A stretch of 64,000 bases of DNA from assembly GCA_950097015.1 (NCBI GenBank), contig CATNEN010000024.1, positions 3,038,001-3,102,000 on the forward strand, written 5' to 3'. Made by a program: the position numbers and the translations under genes. Below, piece by piece: positions 41,101 to 52,205 of this stretch (the first letter of the stretch is position 1; the number at the start of each line of letters is the position of its first letter). The notes below the pieces were generated by a model. The model made no database searches. It was given only the letters and a program-made list of their open reading frames with translations, and was not told the origin of the DNA. The stretch is from Macrostomum hystrix. Lineage: Eukaryota; Animalia; Platyhelminthes.

Positions 41101-44068
41101 AAAAATAAAATCGTCCGACAGAATCTCCGATTTATTTATCAAGCGAATGCAATATCCATAGTGGAACTTGGAAACTGGAAATATATGGGGAAAGCTAGCC
41201 CAGCTAAAATATCCCATTTGGGATCAGCGAGCCGAATATCCTCCTTGGATTAGCCACGCAGTTTCTGTCGGTGCCAAATTATTAATCACCATGCAGCCAT
41301 GCCTCTATAGATGCACGCCACAGCAGTCAATTGTGTCTTTTGGCTCTAGCTTCAGCCAAAACTGCAACAATATTTTACAATCCGAAAGTTAAAATCCAAC
41401 AGACCCACTGCTGTAAGCATTGAAATCTTATAAGCTGAGCCGTTGCCAACGACAACAACAATAATAATATTCCCAGCGGGGCTGTGGGCAGGACTGGGGT
41501 ACGCTTTCGCGACTGACGACCCGCACGAAGCGGGTACAAAACACGGATATGTGGCGCAGGCAGCCACTCATTCAGGGTAGTACACCTGCGTTGGTTGGCC
41601 TTCAAAGTCGTAAATTGCTTGACAAGCCTCTTAAGCCTTCTCGCCGCGGAATCTAACTCAGGTACTTCGGTGTCAGAGTTAGAGAGATTTGGTGGTCCGA
41701 CATTAACCCCCCTCCATACAAAACCATTTGACAGTCTACCATAAAACAGTTAAGAAATATTTTCATGAGGGCTGTGGGCAATGGCACATCATTTGGTGAC
41801 GCTAGACCCGCAGCCAGCGAGGAGGCAATTCTGCCCATTCCGCTGACTACTGAGCACACACGCACACAGCTGTGTACATCTGCCCTGACTTTCACCGGTC
41901 AGGGCAGGGCGCACTCTCACTTTGCCAAATAAATGTGGCCTCGCCGTGGATTCGAGCTGATGGACCTTGGTGCGAGAGGCAAACGCGTCAGACCGCTCTG
42001 CCATTCACCCCATCGACAATCTTCCATGTCAGAATCTTCCAGGCTAACGCGTCAGACCGCTCTGCCATTCACCCCATCGACAATCTTCCATGTCAGAATC
42101 TTCCAAGCTAACGCGTCAGACCGCTCTGCCATTCACCCCATCGACAATCTTCCATGTCAGAATCTTCCAGGCTAACGCGTCAGACCGCTCTGCCATTCAC
42201 CCCATCGACAATCTGCCATGTCAGAATCTTCCAGGCAAACGCGTCAGACCGCTCTGCCATTCACCCCATCGACAATCTGCCATGTCAGAATCTTCCAGGC
42301 AAACGCGTCAGACCGCTCTGCCATTCACCCCATCGACAAACTGCCATGTCAGAATCTTCCAGGCAAACGCGTCAGACCGCTCTGCCATTCACCCCATCGA
42401 CAATCTTCCATGTCAGAATCTTCCAGGCAAACGCGTCAGACCGCTCTGCCATTCACCCCATCGACAATCTGCCATGTCAGAATCTTCCAGGCTAACGCGT
42501 CAGACCGCTCTGCCATTCACCCCATCGACAATCTTCCATGTCAGAATCTTCCAGGCTAACGCGTCAGACCGCTCTGCCATTCACCCCATCGACAATCTTC
42601 CATGTCAGAATCTTCCAGGCAAACGCGTCAGACCGCTCTGCCATTCACCCCATCGACAATCTTCCATGTCAGAATCTTCCAGGCAAACGCGTCAGACCGC
42701 TCTGCCATTCACCCCATCGACAATCTGCCATGTCAGAATCTTCCAGGCAAACGCGTCAGACCGCTCTGCCATTCACCCCATCGACAATCTGCCATGTCAG
42801 AATCTTCCAGGCAAACGCGTCAGACCGCTCTGCCATTCACCCCATCGACAATCTGCCATGTCAGAATCTTCCAGGCAAACGCGTCAGACCGCTCTGCCAT
42901 TCACCCCATCGACAATCTGCCATGTCAGAATCTTCCAAAGTGATTTAGCTGACAACCGCAGTCGTAAAATACAATACTATATTATTTAGCAAGAGTTTCG
43001 GCTGCATTGCAAACTATATGATGAGTACTATTAGTAGTTTACACGCATCATGTACATCGGCAACTTCAGATCCAGCGGAGCGCAAGGTCGGCTGCAAATG
43101 CGCCGCCTAGTGAAGATGCTGGCCACTGTTGTGGCAATCTTCGCCCTCTCCTGGCTGCCCCTGCACCTGGTGGCTCTGTTGTACTTTTTCTCCTCTCTGG
43201 CGGACCTGTTCCGCCGCCTGGAGCCCTGGCTGCCGGTGATTCAATGGCTGGCCATCAGCAATTGCTGCGTGAATCCCTGGATCTACTGCGCCTTCAGCAG
43301 TACATACAGGGCCAACTTCTTCAGCACTCTGCGCTGCGTGAGCCTTGTGTCTTTCGCTGCAATTATTACTCAGTAGTAGGATGGTGGGACCTTGCTGCAA
43401 AAAAAGAAAAGTTCTTACCATTACACATACTGCTTCGATCATTAATACATGTACTTTTTCAAGCCTAAGAGTTTATTGATCTGTCTAACAGGTTGAGTGA
43501 TCTGTCTAACAGGTTGAGTGATCTGTCTAACAGGTTGAGTGATCTGTCTAACAGGTTGAGTGATCTGTCTAACAGGTTGAGTGATCTGTCTAACAGGTTG
43601 AGTGATCTGTCTAACAGGTTGAGTGATCTGTCTAACAGTTTGAGTGATCTGTCTAACAGGTTGAGTGATCTGTCTAACAGGTTGAGTGATCTGTCTAACA
43701 GGTCGCGTCTGGCTTCGCTTAAGTTCCTAAGCTCGAATTCGCAGCGAGACCAAAGTTATTAGGGGCTTATCAAGGAGAAAAGGCTCGGTACTGCAGCAAT
43801 TTGGGCCAATAAGTGCCAACCCCGTGACGCCCTCTTTCATCAGCTGGACCTGCCGCAGGCGCCGAAGTCAGGTAGAAGCAGCTTCCCGAGGCTGCACCAC
43901 GCCAGGGGGTCAGCGCAGCGCAGGAGCAGCTCCCGAGGCGGGCTGCCGGCAGCGGTCGAGTCTGGCAGCCGCATCAGCATGGCGGAGCTCGGCGGCCGGG
44001 TGAGCAGTCGGCGGAGGCGAGGACATCGAGTTCGACGAAAGCGATCAGAATCCGCGGCTTTTCCATAG
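32127..44068 (+). CDS. Class A neuropeptide GPCR, NPFF/SIFamide-receptor-like; 5 exons
   Basis: Exons 32127-32406 (TM1 GN, TM2 NLSLAD), 37139-37238 ([28 protein letters not shown]), 38025-38348 ([10 protein letters not shown]4-TM5), 43070-43337 (TM6 [11 protein letters not shown]7 [15 protein letters not shown]) and 43844-44068 (C-tail, less certain). Phases are consistent and the DRY motif is split by a phase-2 intron. The PYLQGV.VAAS and QWL..SN.C.NP motifs resemble SIFamide/NPFF receptors. Confidence 0.9.
32445..34510. repeat. 17-bp minisatellite TCTCTGAATGACATATT with shorter variant units
   Basis: Pure from about 32545 to 34490, with degenerate flanks. Confidence 0.97.
35325..35596. repeat. 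66-bp tandem repeat, about 4 copies
   Basis: Unit begins ATCACTGACGATGTTGACGTCGGACGG. Confidence 0.92.
36765..37080. repeat. 30-bp minisatellite
   Basis: Unit TCATGTGACACAGTCTCCACATTGTTCTCA, about 10 copies. Confidence 0.95.
37312..37915. repeat. 20-bp minisatellite ACCTGTCCAACAGATTGGGT
   Basis: Fills most of GPCR intron 2. Confidence 0.96.
38391..40500. repeat. 26-bp C-rich minisatellite with two alternating monomer types
   Basis: Units CCGCCACCCCATTATAGCAGCCTACA and a ...CCCCATCACTGTAGCAAACACTG variant. The array degenerates toward its right end. Confidence 0.96.
41480..42010 (-). mobile_element. Two tandem SINE family A copies: a diverged one at about 41480-41690 and an internally deleted one at 41767-42010
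   Basis: Both show the tcgccgcggaatc or tcgccgtggattc B-box region. The second also has the A-box head and the 3' body. Confidence 0.65.
41975..42935. repeat. 64-bp minisatellite derived from a SINE 5' junction
   Basis: About 15 units, each containing the reverse complement of the SINE A-box head plus about 30 nt of flank. Confidence 0.95.
43478..43702. repeat. 21-bp minisatellite GATCTGTCTAACAGGTTGAGT
   Basis: About 10.5 copies in GPCR intron 4. Confidence 0.96.
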
Positions 44069-44452
44069 CAACTGTTGCTATGGTGATTCAAGTGCAAATT
44101 TTCGGCTGTCATTGTACTTTCCGTTTCAGATTTTTATCAGACTCGTACTGTTGCTGTGGCAAACGGTACTCGGTTCTATATCACTGATCTGCCACCCGGC
44201 TCTCTGCGAACTAATACTTGCCACCTGTTGCCTTAGCAACAGACACTGCAATCTTAATGGGTCTCATAGCAAGGCTTTGAGTGCAAGAAATCAGAAATAA
44301 TTTTATGTAAAAATAAAGACGATATACTTTTATGATAGTTTTATCCATCATTTTTGGCAAGCATGACAAGAAAATTGCAACAATCAACACAAAATATACT
44401 TCAAAACAGGTGAATGATTATACTACAAGTAATAAATATTTACACTCGATTT

Positions 44453-45676
44453 GTGTGTGCCATGCGTTACTCTCCTATTAGTTACTAATTTTGTAACGAT
44501 CGTTACTTTTTGCAACGTTACTTTTTCGCGTTACCACGGGCTCGTAACAAAACTGTTGGTAACGAGTCGTTACCAACAGAGTGCATTTCCCGTTACCAGT
44601 TTTCGTTACCAGTTTCCGAAAAAAAGTAAAAAGAAATTAGCAGCACTGCACTTTTTTATTTTGCTGCATTAGAAAATATTTTTCATTGTCTGTTTTTCGG
44701 ATTTCTACGAGCCGTAGTATCAAAATAGTCAAATTAATATAATTAGCAACTATATGTTTGGATTTCTTTGTTTTACATTGATACATTTTGCATTTATTTT
44801 GATTAGAGGTTTTTTGTTTTTGTGGTGAACTCCAAATTTTCGTGAAATATTTATTGGTCAATAGACTGGCTATAGTCTGTATGTATTGTAAGTTTGTATT
44901 GTCATCAGTCATCAATATTATCAATATAATCTAAAATCTTTGTGGTCTCATGGCTACTAAACCCATGTCAAAATCAGTGAAAGTGACAGTGATAAGGGAG
45001 TAAAAAAAGTGGACGATGTTGGAGATTACAACATATGATTTGAGTAATGACCGATAAACAAGGCTACAGATATTTATAACATGCTTACGTAAAAAAATAC
45101 GAGTATAACTTGCGCCGACATTTTCACCGACAGTTTCCATCGACGGTTTTCCGAATTTTTTCCGAAACTGTTGGTGAAAACTGTCTGCAAATGTTTACCG
45201 ACAGTTTCACCGACAGTTTCACCGACAGTTTCACCGACAGTTTCCACCGACAGTTTCCACCGACAGTTTCACCGACAGTTTCACCGACAGTTCCCACCGA
45301 CAGTTTCACCGACAGTTTCACCGACAGTTTCACCGACAGTTCACCGACAGTTTCACCGACAGTTTCACCGACAGTTTCACCGACAGTTTCCACCGACAGT
45401 TTCAACGACAGTTTCACGGACAGTTTCACCGTCAGTTTCGAAAAATTTCGGAAAACTGTCGGTGGAAACTGTCGGTGAAACTGTCGGCGCAAGTTATACT
45501 CGTAAAAAATAGCATTACTTATGGTAAAAGTGAAAAAAAACTGAAAGCAACGATTAAAAGTGATGACCGTTACTATTTTTTCGTCTTTTTTCATTACCTA
45601 ATTCTTCCGTTACTAAATGGTCAGTAACTATCGTTACCACCATCGGCGCCATTTTTTGGTAACGCGTCTAACACTG
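44453..45676. mobile_element. Possible older non-autonomous DNA transposon hosting the MITE
   Basis: CGTTAC/GTAACG motifs cluster at both ends. The termini match imperfectly (gtgtgccatgcgttac versus reverse complement gtgttagacgcgttac). Confidence 0.3.
45100..45502. mobile_element. MITE/foldback element with TA target duplication and an internal 12-bp array
   Basis: Imperfect terminal inverted repeats of about 70 bp begin CGAGTATAACTTGCGCCGAC, with TA at 45098-45099 and 45503-45504. The interior is (TTCACCGACAGT)n. Confidence 0.8.
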
Positions 45677-45879
45677 GTGCCATGTCATCCGTATAGTCCA
45701 TTTTCAATTGTTCCACTCTGAGTATAGCTGGAAGATTCTCGAAGATTTTCAAAGATCCATTCTGAGTGCTTTGGCTGTACTTCTAGACGGGCTTGGTACT
45801 GTTGTTCAGTCCATAGATCAGGGTCTGCGGGGCTGATTGTGATTTCTGCTTTGAGGCAGAGTAGAGAAAGCAACCCGAG

Positions 45880-46079
45880 TTACAGACGGAGATCATGAGT
45901 GACTGTGTGAAGAGTGACCCCTTAAGTATCTCACCATAGCAAGCGTAGATGATCAGGACGGTGACGATGATTAGAAATGAGATGCCGAGAACTAGGAAGA
46001 CAACGTTGAGCACTTTGCGAAGCATTGGCAGTTTGTAGTCTTCCAGCAGCTCCGAGTCATCGTCCTCAATGCGCCGGTC
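45880..46079 (-). CDS. Candidate small single-pass membrane protein; 5' end not identified
   Basis: Acceptor tttattcag precedes an exon at 46079-45935 encoding [22 protein letters not shown] plus a hydrophobic stretch [37 protein letters not shown] 32-nt intron (45934-45903) then gives VTHDLRL*. Without splicing, the frame reads on to a stop at 45783. Confidence 0.55.
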
Positions 46080-47288
46080 CTGAATAAAGATATTTGGAAA
46101 TAAAATTCAGTGGTAATAGTAACATAACAGTCTGCTTCAGTAGTAGCAGTACTAGTACCAGTAATAGTCGTAAAAAACAGAAATGACTCCTATTCCAGTT
46201 AGGGCCAGGTGTACAGCCAGTGACACAGCTGTATAGAGTAGTAAAATCGTACAATATGCGCAACGTGCTACTTAAAGTAATACTGAAAGGAAATCTAAGC
46301 TAAAATGTACCTCTTTATATTGTTTAGGAATGAGTCATGATGACTAAAATGCTATTTTTAGAACTATCGACATGTGACGTGAAACCGGAGAATGTCTCGA
46401 CAGCTGTAATTGCTGAGAAAAAAAACGCTGCTGAACAAACAAGTTTGACCTAGTAAACACCCAGTCATAAACTCAAAAACATTTACTATCAATACAATTT
46501 AAAATCCGAGCTGAAAATTCGGACATGGGGCGGTCCACTGGAAAACCAGGAAAAATCAAGATCAGGAGAAGGACTCATCTCTGAAGAAAGATCAGGTGGT
46601 AAACGCTTCCACTTATTGATTATTTATCGCTAATCGTTAGTTACTAAATTGAATTAAGTTTACGAGAGTCACATATCGTCGATACTTTCGAGAAGGGCCT
46701 GCTTGTTTCCTAGGATATATTCCTAGAGGATTACGCGATTGATATCAATAATCCTCTCTATCAATTATTGATTGAGTTATCCGTTATCTTTCGGAGGTAG
46801 AAGACGTGGAAGACGCCCTTCAGCAGGACTTATTAGAAAGACACGAGAGAGATTTCTATTGTTCACTAGGGCGCACGTTTCTATTGTGAATTCAGAGCTC
46901 GAGGAAACCGTAAAGTAATCTGATTCGCTCTCGTCCTTTGTTGGCCAACAGACTACAAAGACACAAGAGACAACAGGCAACAGACCCAGACCTTCACGGT
47001 CGACCAACAAGAAAAAGAAGAACCGCCGGCTTATGAAGACCGAGAAGACAACGCACAACTGCGCACTGCGCAAGAAGAGGCCATGAATGCCACGAGACTT
47101 TTGTAAACTCCTAGGTGATTGTTCCCCCCATTGTACTCGTATAGAAGTGGAAGTTTTGTGTGCCTGATCAAAACACCAAACTCTTCAAAAGCCGCAGCTA
47201 TTGCTCGTGTAAGGCTGTGTACAGTTGTTCAGTCCATGGACTGGGGAGGCCGCCACACCCACCAGAATTTCTGACACAGCGACATAAT

Positions 47289-47552
47289 ATTAGCAAAAGG
47301 GCTTTCGCAATGGCACATCATTTGGTGACATGATGGTAGCAGAGATGGTAGCAGTCTGCCCATTCCGCTGACTCCTGAGCACAGCGACACACGCACACAG
47401 ATACCGTAGGCAAGCAGGTGTGTGTATCTGCCTTGAATTCTCATCGTCAGGTACTAAACACTTTTCCTGTTCATTTTGGGATTTGCACTCAAGGGCGAAA
47501 ATGGAACGAAAAGCCTCCAAGCTCTCTGTGGCCTCGCCGCGGAATCGAGCTC
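47289..47552 (-). mobile_element. SINE family A copy lacking the A box
   Basis: The 3' body and hairpin region are present, and similarity ends at gcggaatcgagctca. Confidence 0.7.
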
Positions 47553-48069
47553 AAAAGAAGTCACTGAAAATACCTTCATCACTTCGATTATCCTTTTAGT
47601 TCTGGGATGCTCCTTGAAGTTTGTGCATGCATTGCCCAGGTGTCGCGTCACAGCCGGCATTCTCAGCTCTGCTGCTCCTAGTAAAGTGCACCGCTTGTTC
47701 TCGCTGCAGGGTTGTAAGTGTCGCTTCTTGCCCTGTGCGATTTCCTGTCGTCAGGCGCCACACTGCTTATAAACTCCTTTCCCAACTCAGCAACTGTGCG
47801 CAGAGCTGTGCAAAAAATCGATTTCTGGAACTATTGATTAGAGAAATGGAAAATTGTACCCCCTCTCTGATCCGAGGCCGGGAAGCCAAATGTACATCTT
47901 GAAATAACCACTCTCAGGTCCCTCTCTGTGTAGCACAAACATTTCTTTAGTCTCTTTAGCATTCTCTTTGAGTTGAAACGAATAAGAAGAATTCTAGTAC
48001 TAACAGTAGTTTTGCTTGATGATTGCCTCTGAGTTTAGTTAGACAACAAAGCCACGAATCTACAACATC

Positions 48070-48250
48070 TTGCGTACTACTACAAGTTCAAGGATATTTA
48101 TCGGGCAAGATTACTACTTTTATTACTGCTACGAGCTTACTACGACTTCTACTACTACGAACAACAACTACAACTTCTAATACTACTACTACTACAACTC
48201 CTACTATTACTACTAGTACACCTACTTCTACTACACCTACTTCTACTACA

Positions 48251-48345
<95 letters not shown>
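48070..48345. repeat. (ACT)n microsatellite with a degenerate left flank
   Basis: Pure from about 48245 to 48345. Confidence 0.95.
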
Positions 48346-48347
<2 letters not shown>

Positions 48348-48550
48348 TTTTTTCTTGGTACTTCAGAAGTATTTTTACGAAAACCTTTCATATTAACAAT
48401 TGGCCCATTCAATTTACCAATAAAATAAAAAACCAGGCAGATCAAATTTATGTTTTCGCTTTTCGACTTTTTGTATATTTACTAATATCGCTTCGGCTGC
48501 AGCAATGACTGAGGCAGTAATTCAGCTAATATAGCCTGGCGATATGAGTT

Positions 48551-50943
48551 TTACTTGATAAGGCTGTTGATCCAGGACAGCACAGTGGCCACGTTGGAGT
48601 ACACTCCCGGCTTGCCCGGACCTGAGGAATGTGCAACAAGGATTTTATCGATTTTTTTCGGTACACAATTATTCAGAACACAAACCAATTAGAATTGTCA
48701 AGCAAATGCACTTACGAGCGCAGTCGTAGCCCCAGGAGGTGACGCCGTTGACGTACCAGACGGCGCTGCTGCCGGTGCCCTTGGAGCAGACGAACGGACC
48801 GCCGCTGTCGCCCTGAATTGCGATGCAGAATTGTCAACCAGTGTCTCTTTTATGGATACTACACTTCATTCTTATGATAACTGATTACACCTGCCCAGAT
48901 CAGCCCAGATGTGCAGCCGACAGAACAGCCGCAGCTACTGATTGCCTCGTATGGTTGTTCAGTCCATGGACTGGGGGGATGCCAAATACATGCATCCTCA
49001 ATTACACTAGCTAGTACCTATTTAATACCTGGGTGAGTTGAAGCAAAGCAACTCAAATAACTAATTGCAGGAGGGCTTCGGGCAATGACAAATAATTTCG
49101 TGGCACTAGACCCGCAGCCAGCGAGGAGGCAATTCTGCCCATTTTGCTGACTCCTGAGCACACAGGCACACAGATACTGTACGCAGGTACACGCTCACAC
49201 AGGTGTGTACAACTGCCCTGACTTTCTCATCGTCAGGCAGTGTATACTCTCACAGTGACTTGGAGGTTGGCCCTCGAGGGCGTAAACCGCACGTCAAGCC
49301 CCCAAGCCTTCTCTCCGCGGCTGCGTCCAAAAAATGTGTCGTCGTCGCGGAATCGAGCTCAGGGACCTTGGCGCGAGAGGCAAACACGTTAACCGCTCTG
49401 CCACCAACCCCCCTAGTTAGCGGGTTGCTAAAGGACACAAATTATTAGACTCGAGTCTGGAATTGAACCCCAAACCTTCAAGTCGTGACTCCGACGTTCT
49501 AAGCACTAGGCTACAACTTCTACTACCCTAGTTGCTCTACTATTAGTAGCAAAAGCAACTAAAATGCGCTAACCTGGCAGGCGTCAACTCCGCCGGCGCT
49601 GTAGCCAGCGCAGATCATGCGGGCGGTGATCTGGCCCGGATAGTTCACCGCGTTGCAGGTGCTGCGTGCGACCACGGGCACGAAAGCCTGCTTGAGAACG
49701 CTAGCCGATCCGGTGCCTATAAAAACAGGTGTTAACACAGGTGTGAGAACCTAAACTAGCCAGCGAATCGGTTCTCAAAATACAATCTTAACAAACAGCG
49801 AATGCTCTACCTACCGCGGGTGTCGCCCCAGCCGGTGGTGTAGCAGTACTCGCCGCCGCTAGGCTCAGCAGTCGGCAGGCAGGCCGGTGTGATGTAATCG
49901 TTGAAGGTAACAGCGGTTGACAGGCGCAGCAGGGCGAAGTCGTAGTCCAGGGTGCGGGTGTTGTAGCTGAGGGGGTTGGCCGGAAATTTTAGCGATTTTT
50001 TCAATATCGTCAATCGTTTCCTCAATCACCATCGTTACATTTTTACCTTTTTATTATTACTCTAACTTGTACCCCAGCTAATGCTGGTACTCATTTTATA
50101 GTGGGCTTAACTAAATCAACAAGGAATTACATGTACAGGCATCTTGCTTAAGGAGCCAAATTTATGACTCCCATGCTGGCTACCTCCCTATTAGGCCTAT
50201 CATGTCATAAAATCGCACCTGTTATGCATGACAATCCTGTCGATGGCAAAGTTCTGCTGAGTGCTGTCCCGGGATGACTTCTGGTGGCTGCCCAGGCCAA
50301 CGGTGTAACGCGACGGCGTCGGGTTATCCTCGACGCAGTGGGCGGCGGTCAGCACCCAGCGGCTGTTGAGCAGGGTGCCACCGCAGTAGTGCGAGTTGGC
50401 GTAGAACAGCTGGGCCTGCCAGGGCCACGAGCCGGGCCGGGCCTCGCGACCGCCGACAATGAAGCCGTTACCGACGTGATGGGCAATCTTCTTCACTCCG
50501 CAGCCTGTGGGTCAGCACATTGTCTATGACTTAATTCCTGTCCATGGCTTAACCGCTCCGCCACTCAAACCACTCTGTTGAAATTGTAGGAAACTATCGC
50601 CTAATTCCAGTTACTAGGGTGAGTTTGATGCGTTACTTAAGTGTTTACTGCCTGACAATGAGCAAGTCGCAGATTTAAGTAGACTAGTTGGTGAGTGTTT
50701 ACCCGCTACAGAGTATCCTTGTCCTTTACAGTCTCCGCATTAATCAGCCCAGTAAATCACGCTACTCAAGAATGAACCTACCGATCTTAAGTTCAACCAA
50801 AAACTCTGCTCCTCACTAATTAGCCTAGCACCTAGCATTCCTGATCAAAGTACTCGTAAGTAAAAATGATTTTGGTGAAACAACTTACTCTGAGCGGCCG
50901 CAGAAGCCACTAGAAGCAGACCAACAAGCAGCCAGCGAAGCAT
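48551..50943 (-). CDS. Secreted trypsin-like serine protease (S1A); 6 exons
   Basis: Exons 50943-50889 (signal peptide MLRWLLVGLLLVASAAAQ), 50504-50219 (activation site F|IVGG, TAAHC), 49966-49815 (DYDFALL, GWG), 49716-49574 (VDACQ, S1-pocket Asp), 48812-48716 (GDSGGP) and 48621-48551 (PGVYSNV..*). The catalytic triad is intact. Confidence 0.96.
48953..49515 (-). mobile_element. tRNA-derived SINE family B, interrupted by a family A copy
   Basis: The head on the minus strand reads TAGCCTAGTGC...GGTTCAATTCC (about 49452-49512). The core gctagtacctatttaatacctgggtgagttgaagcaa...ttgctaaaggacacaa is split by the insertion. The 3' end carries the palindrome CAGTCCATGGACTG. Related fragments lie at about 3454-3510, 47225-47262 and 50070-50160. 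Confidence 0.6.
49061..49415 (-). mobile_element. SINE family A, full-length, nested in SINE family B
   Basis: Complete A box, B box and body, inside intron 4 of the protease gene. Confidence 0.8.
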
Positions 50944-51885
50944 TTCTGAGCTAATTTGGCACCTTTTTCAGTGTAAAATAGTTCAGACTAGAACTGATTA
51001 ATTTGAGTCTAATGCGCTTCTAGTAGCCCGATTATATAGACTTGATTATAGCAGCTTTGGAAGCCAAGCCATATGGCTTCGACAGAAATTAAATTCCGTA
51101 CGATAGGAACTAAAATTTACGGCACCGACGATTCTCTTTGTTGGCTCGCAGATAAGTGTCTTGGCTAATTAAGTAGTCGAAATTCGATCATTACTAGTAT
51201 TTTTGTGAACACGCATTAGCAAGCTTTGAACTGGTGAAATAGCATAAAAAACTACATGTACGGGCTCTCGTAGCTCTCCATTTGTTTGTCGTCTTCCCAC
51301 GCTATCAAGTCGCAGCTTTTCTACTCGTAATACTGTCTGTAGTTGAAAATTATTGTCTTGTCGGCACAAATACTATTTTTTTATCTGAGCTTCGAGCATC
51401 GCGACCACAACCGCCCACCTATAGTCTCCTTGTTGGATAAAGGACAAGATAAACTGTCATGTAGTTATGTATGAATTCAATATACGATTTCTCAGATTAC
51501 TTGTAAGCGTTTTTTCAACTTATGATTTGCCCAACTTAGAATAGATAAAACTGTGATATATTGATGAAGCGATTTTTTATCAAAATAATATTCTAAAGTA
51601 CCTTTACAGTAGAATACAATAGAAAACATTAACTTCTAGCATACAGTAGAAAGCTCATTATAGTAGGTAGGTGCAGTACATGGAAGTATGATAGAAGAGA
51701 GAAATCATGCATGTGCAGTAACTTTTTTTTGCATAAACATATGCTATATTTTATATGATCCGACACGAAAATCTATAAATTGGAAATTACTTGGCATTGG
51801 AAATGCATTTGGGGTTCAAGCTCTCTTTAAAATTAGCATCAGAGCGTTAACAGCAGGGTCCAGCGCAAAACGGCTTTTTGCAAGC

Positions 51886-52205
51886 GACTAGCTTAGACGA
51901 TTAGGAGCAGCACGGACAGAGTGCGTACAAGCTGCAGACCATTGCTCGATCACTCCGGCAGGTGACGAGTAACGGAGCCGACGGCCTCTAAGGAGTTAAA
52001 GGCGTTGATAGGGTCCCGCTTATCTAAAAATGTTTTTCGAATATTTAATCCCCTTTGTAGTAAAATTTAAGCTTCATAAAAACGCGTGCACCGACTCGGG
52101 ACCAGTTGCAATATTTTGGTGAAGGAATCATGAAAATCGGTTGAGCCGTTCGGCAGATAGTCGATTGCAAACAAGCAAAAAAACAAGATTTTCATTTTTA
52201 GTATA
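51886..52205 (+). mobile_element. Possible non-autonomous Helitron-like element
   Basis: The 3' part aaaatcggttgagccgtt...caaacaagcaaaaaaacaagattttcatttttagtata resembles, from memory, the ends of invertebrate Lep1-like Helitrons. The 5' boundary is a guess. Confidence 0.3.

Noticed and set aside
46680-47110. Protein-like stretches on the plus strand (..EEPPAYEDREDNAQLRTAQEEAMNATRLL*)
   Set aside because: Frames are broken, no partner exons were found and no family was recognised.
49214-49239. Hammerhead-like CTGACGA...GAAA-GTC in the family A hairpin, and CTGACGA plus a stem at about 41514
   Set aside because: There is no G-C closed stem II and no room for stem III in the first, and no GAAA after the stem in the second. 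A plain hairpin explains the pairing.
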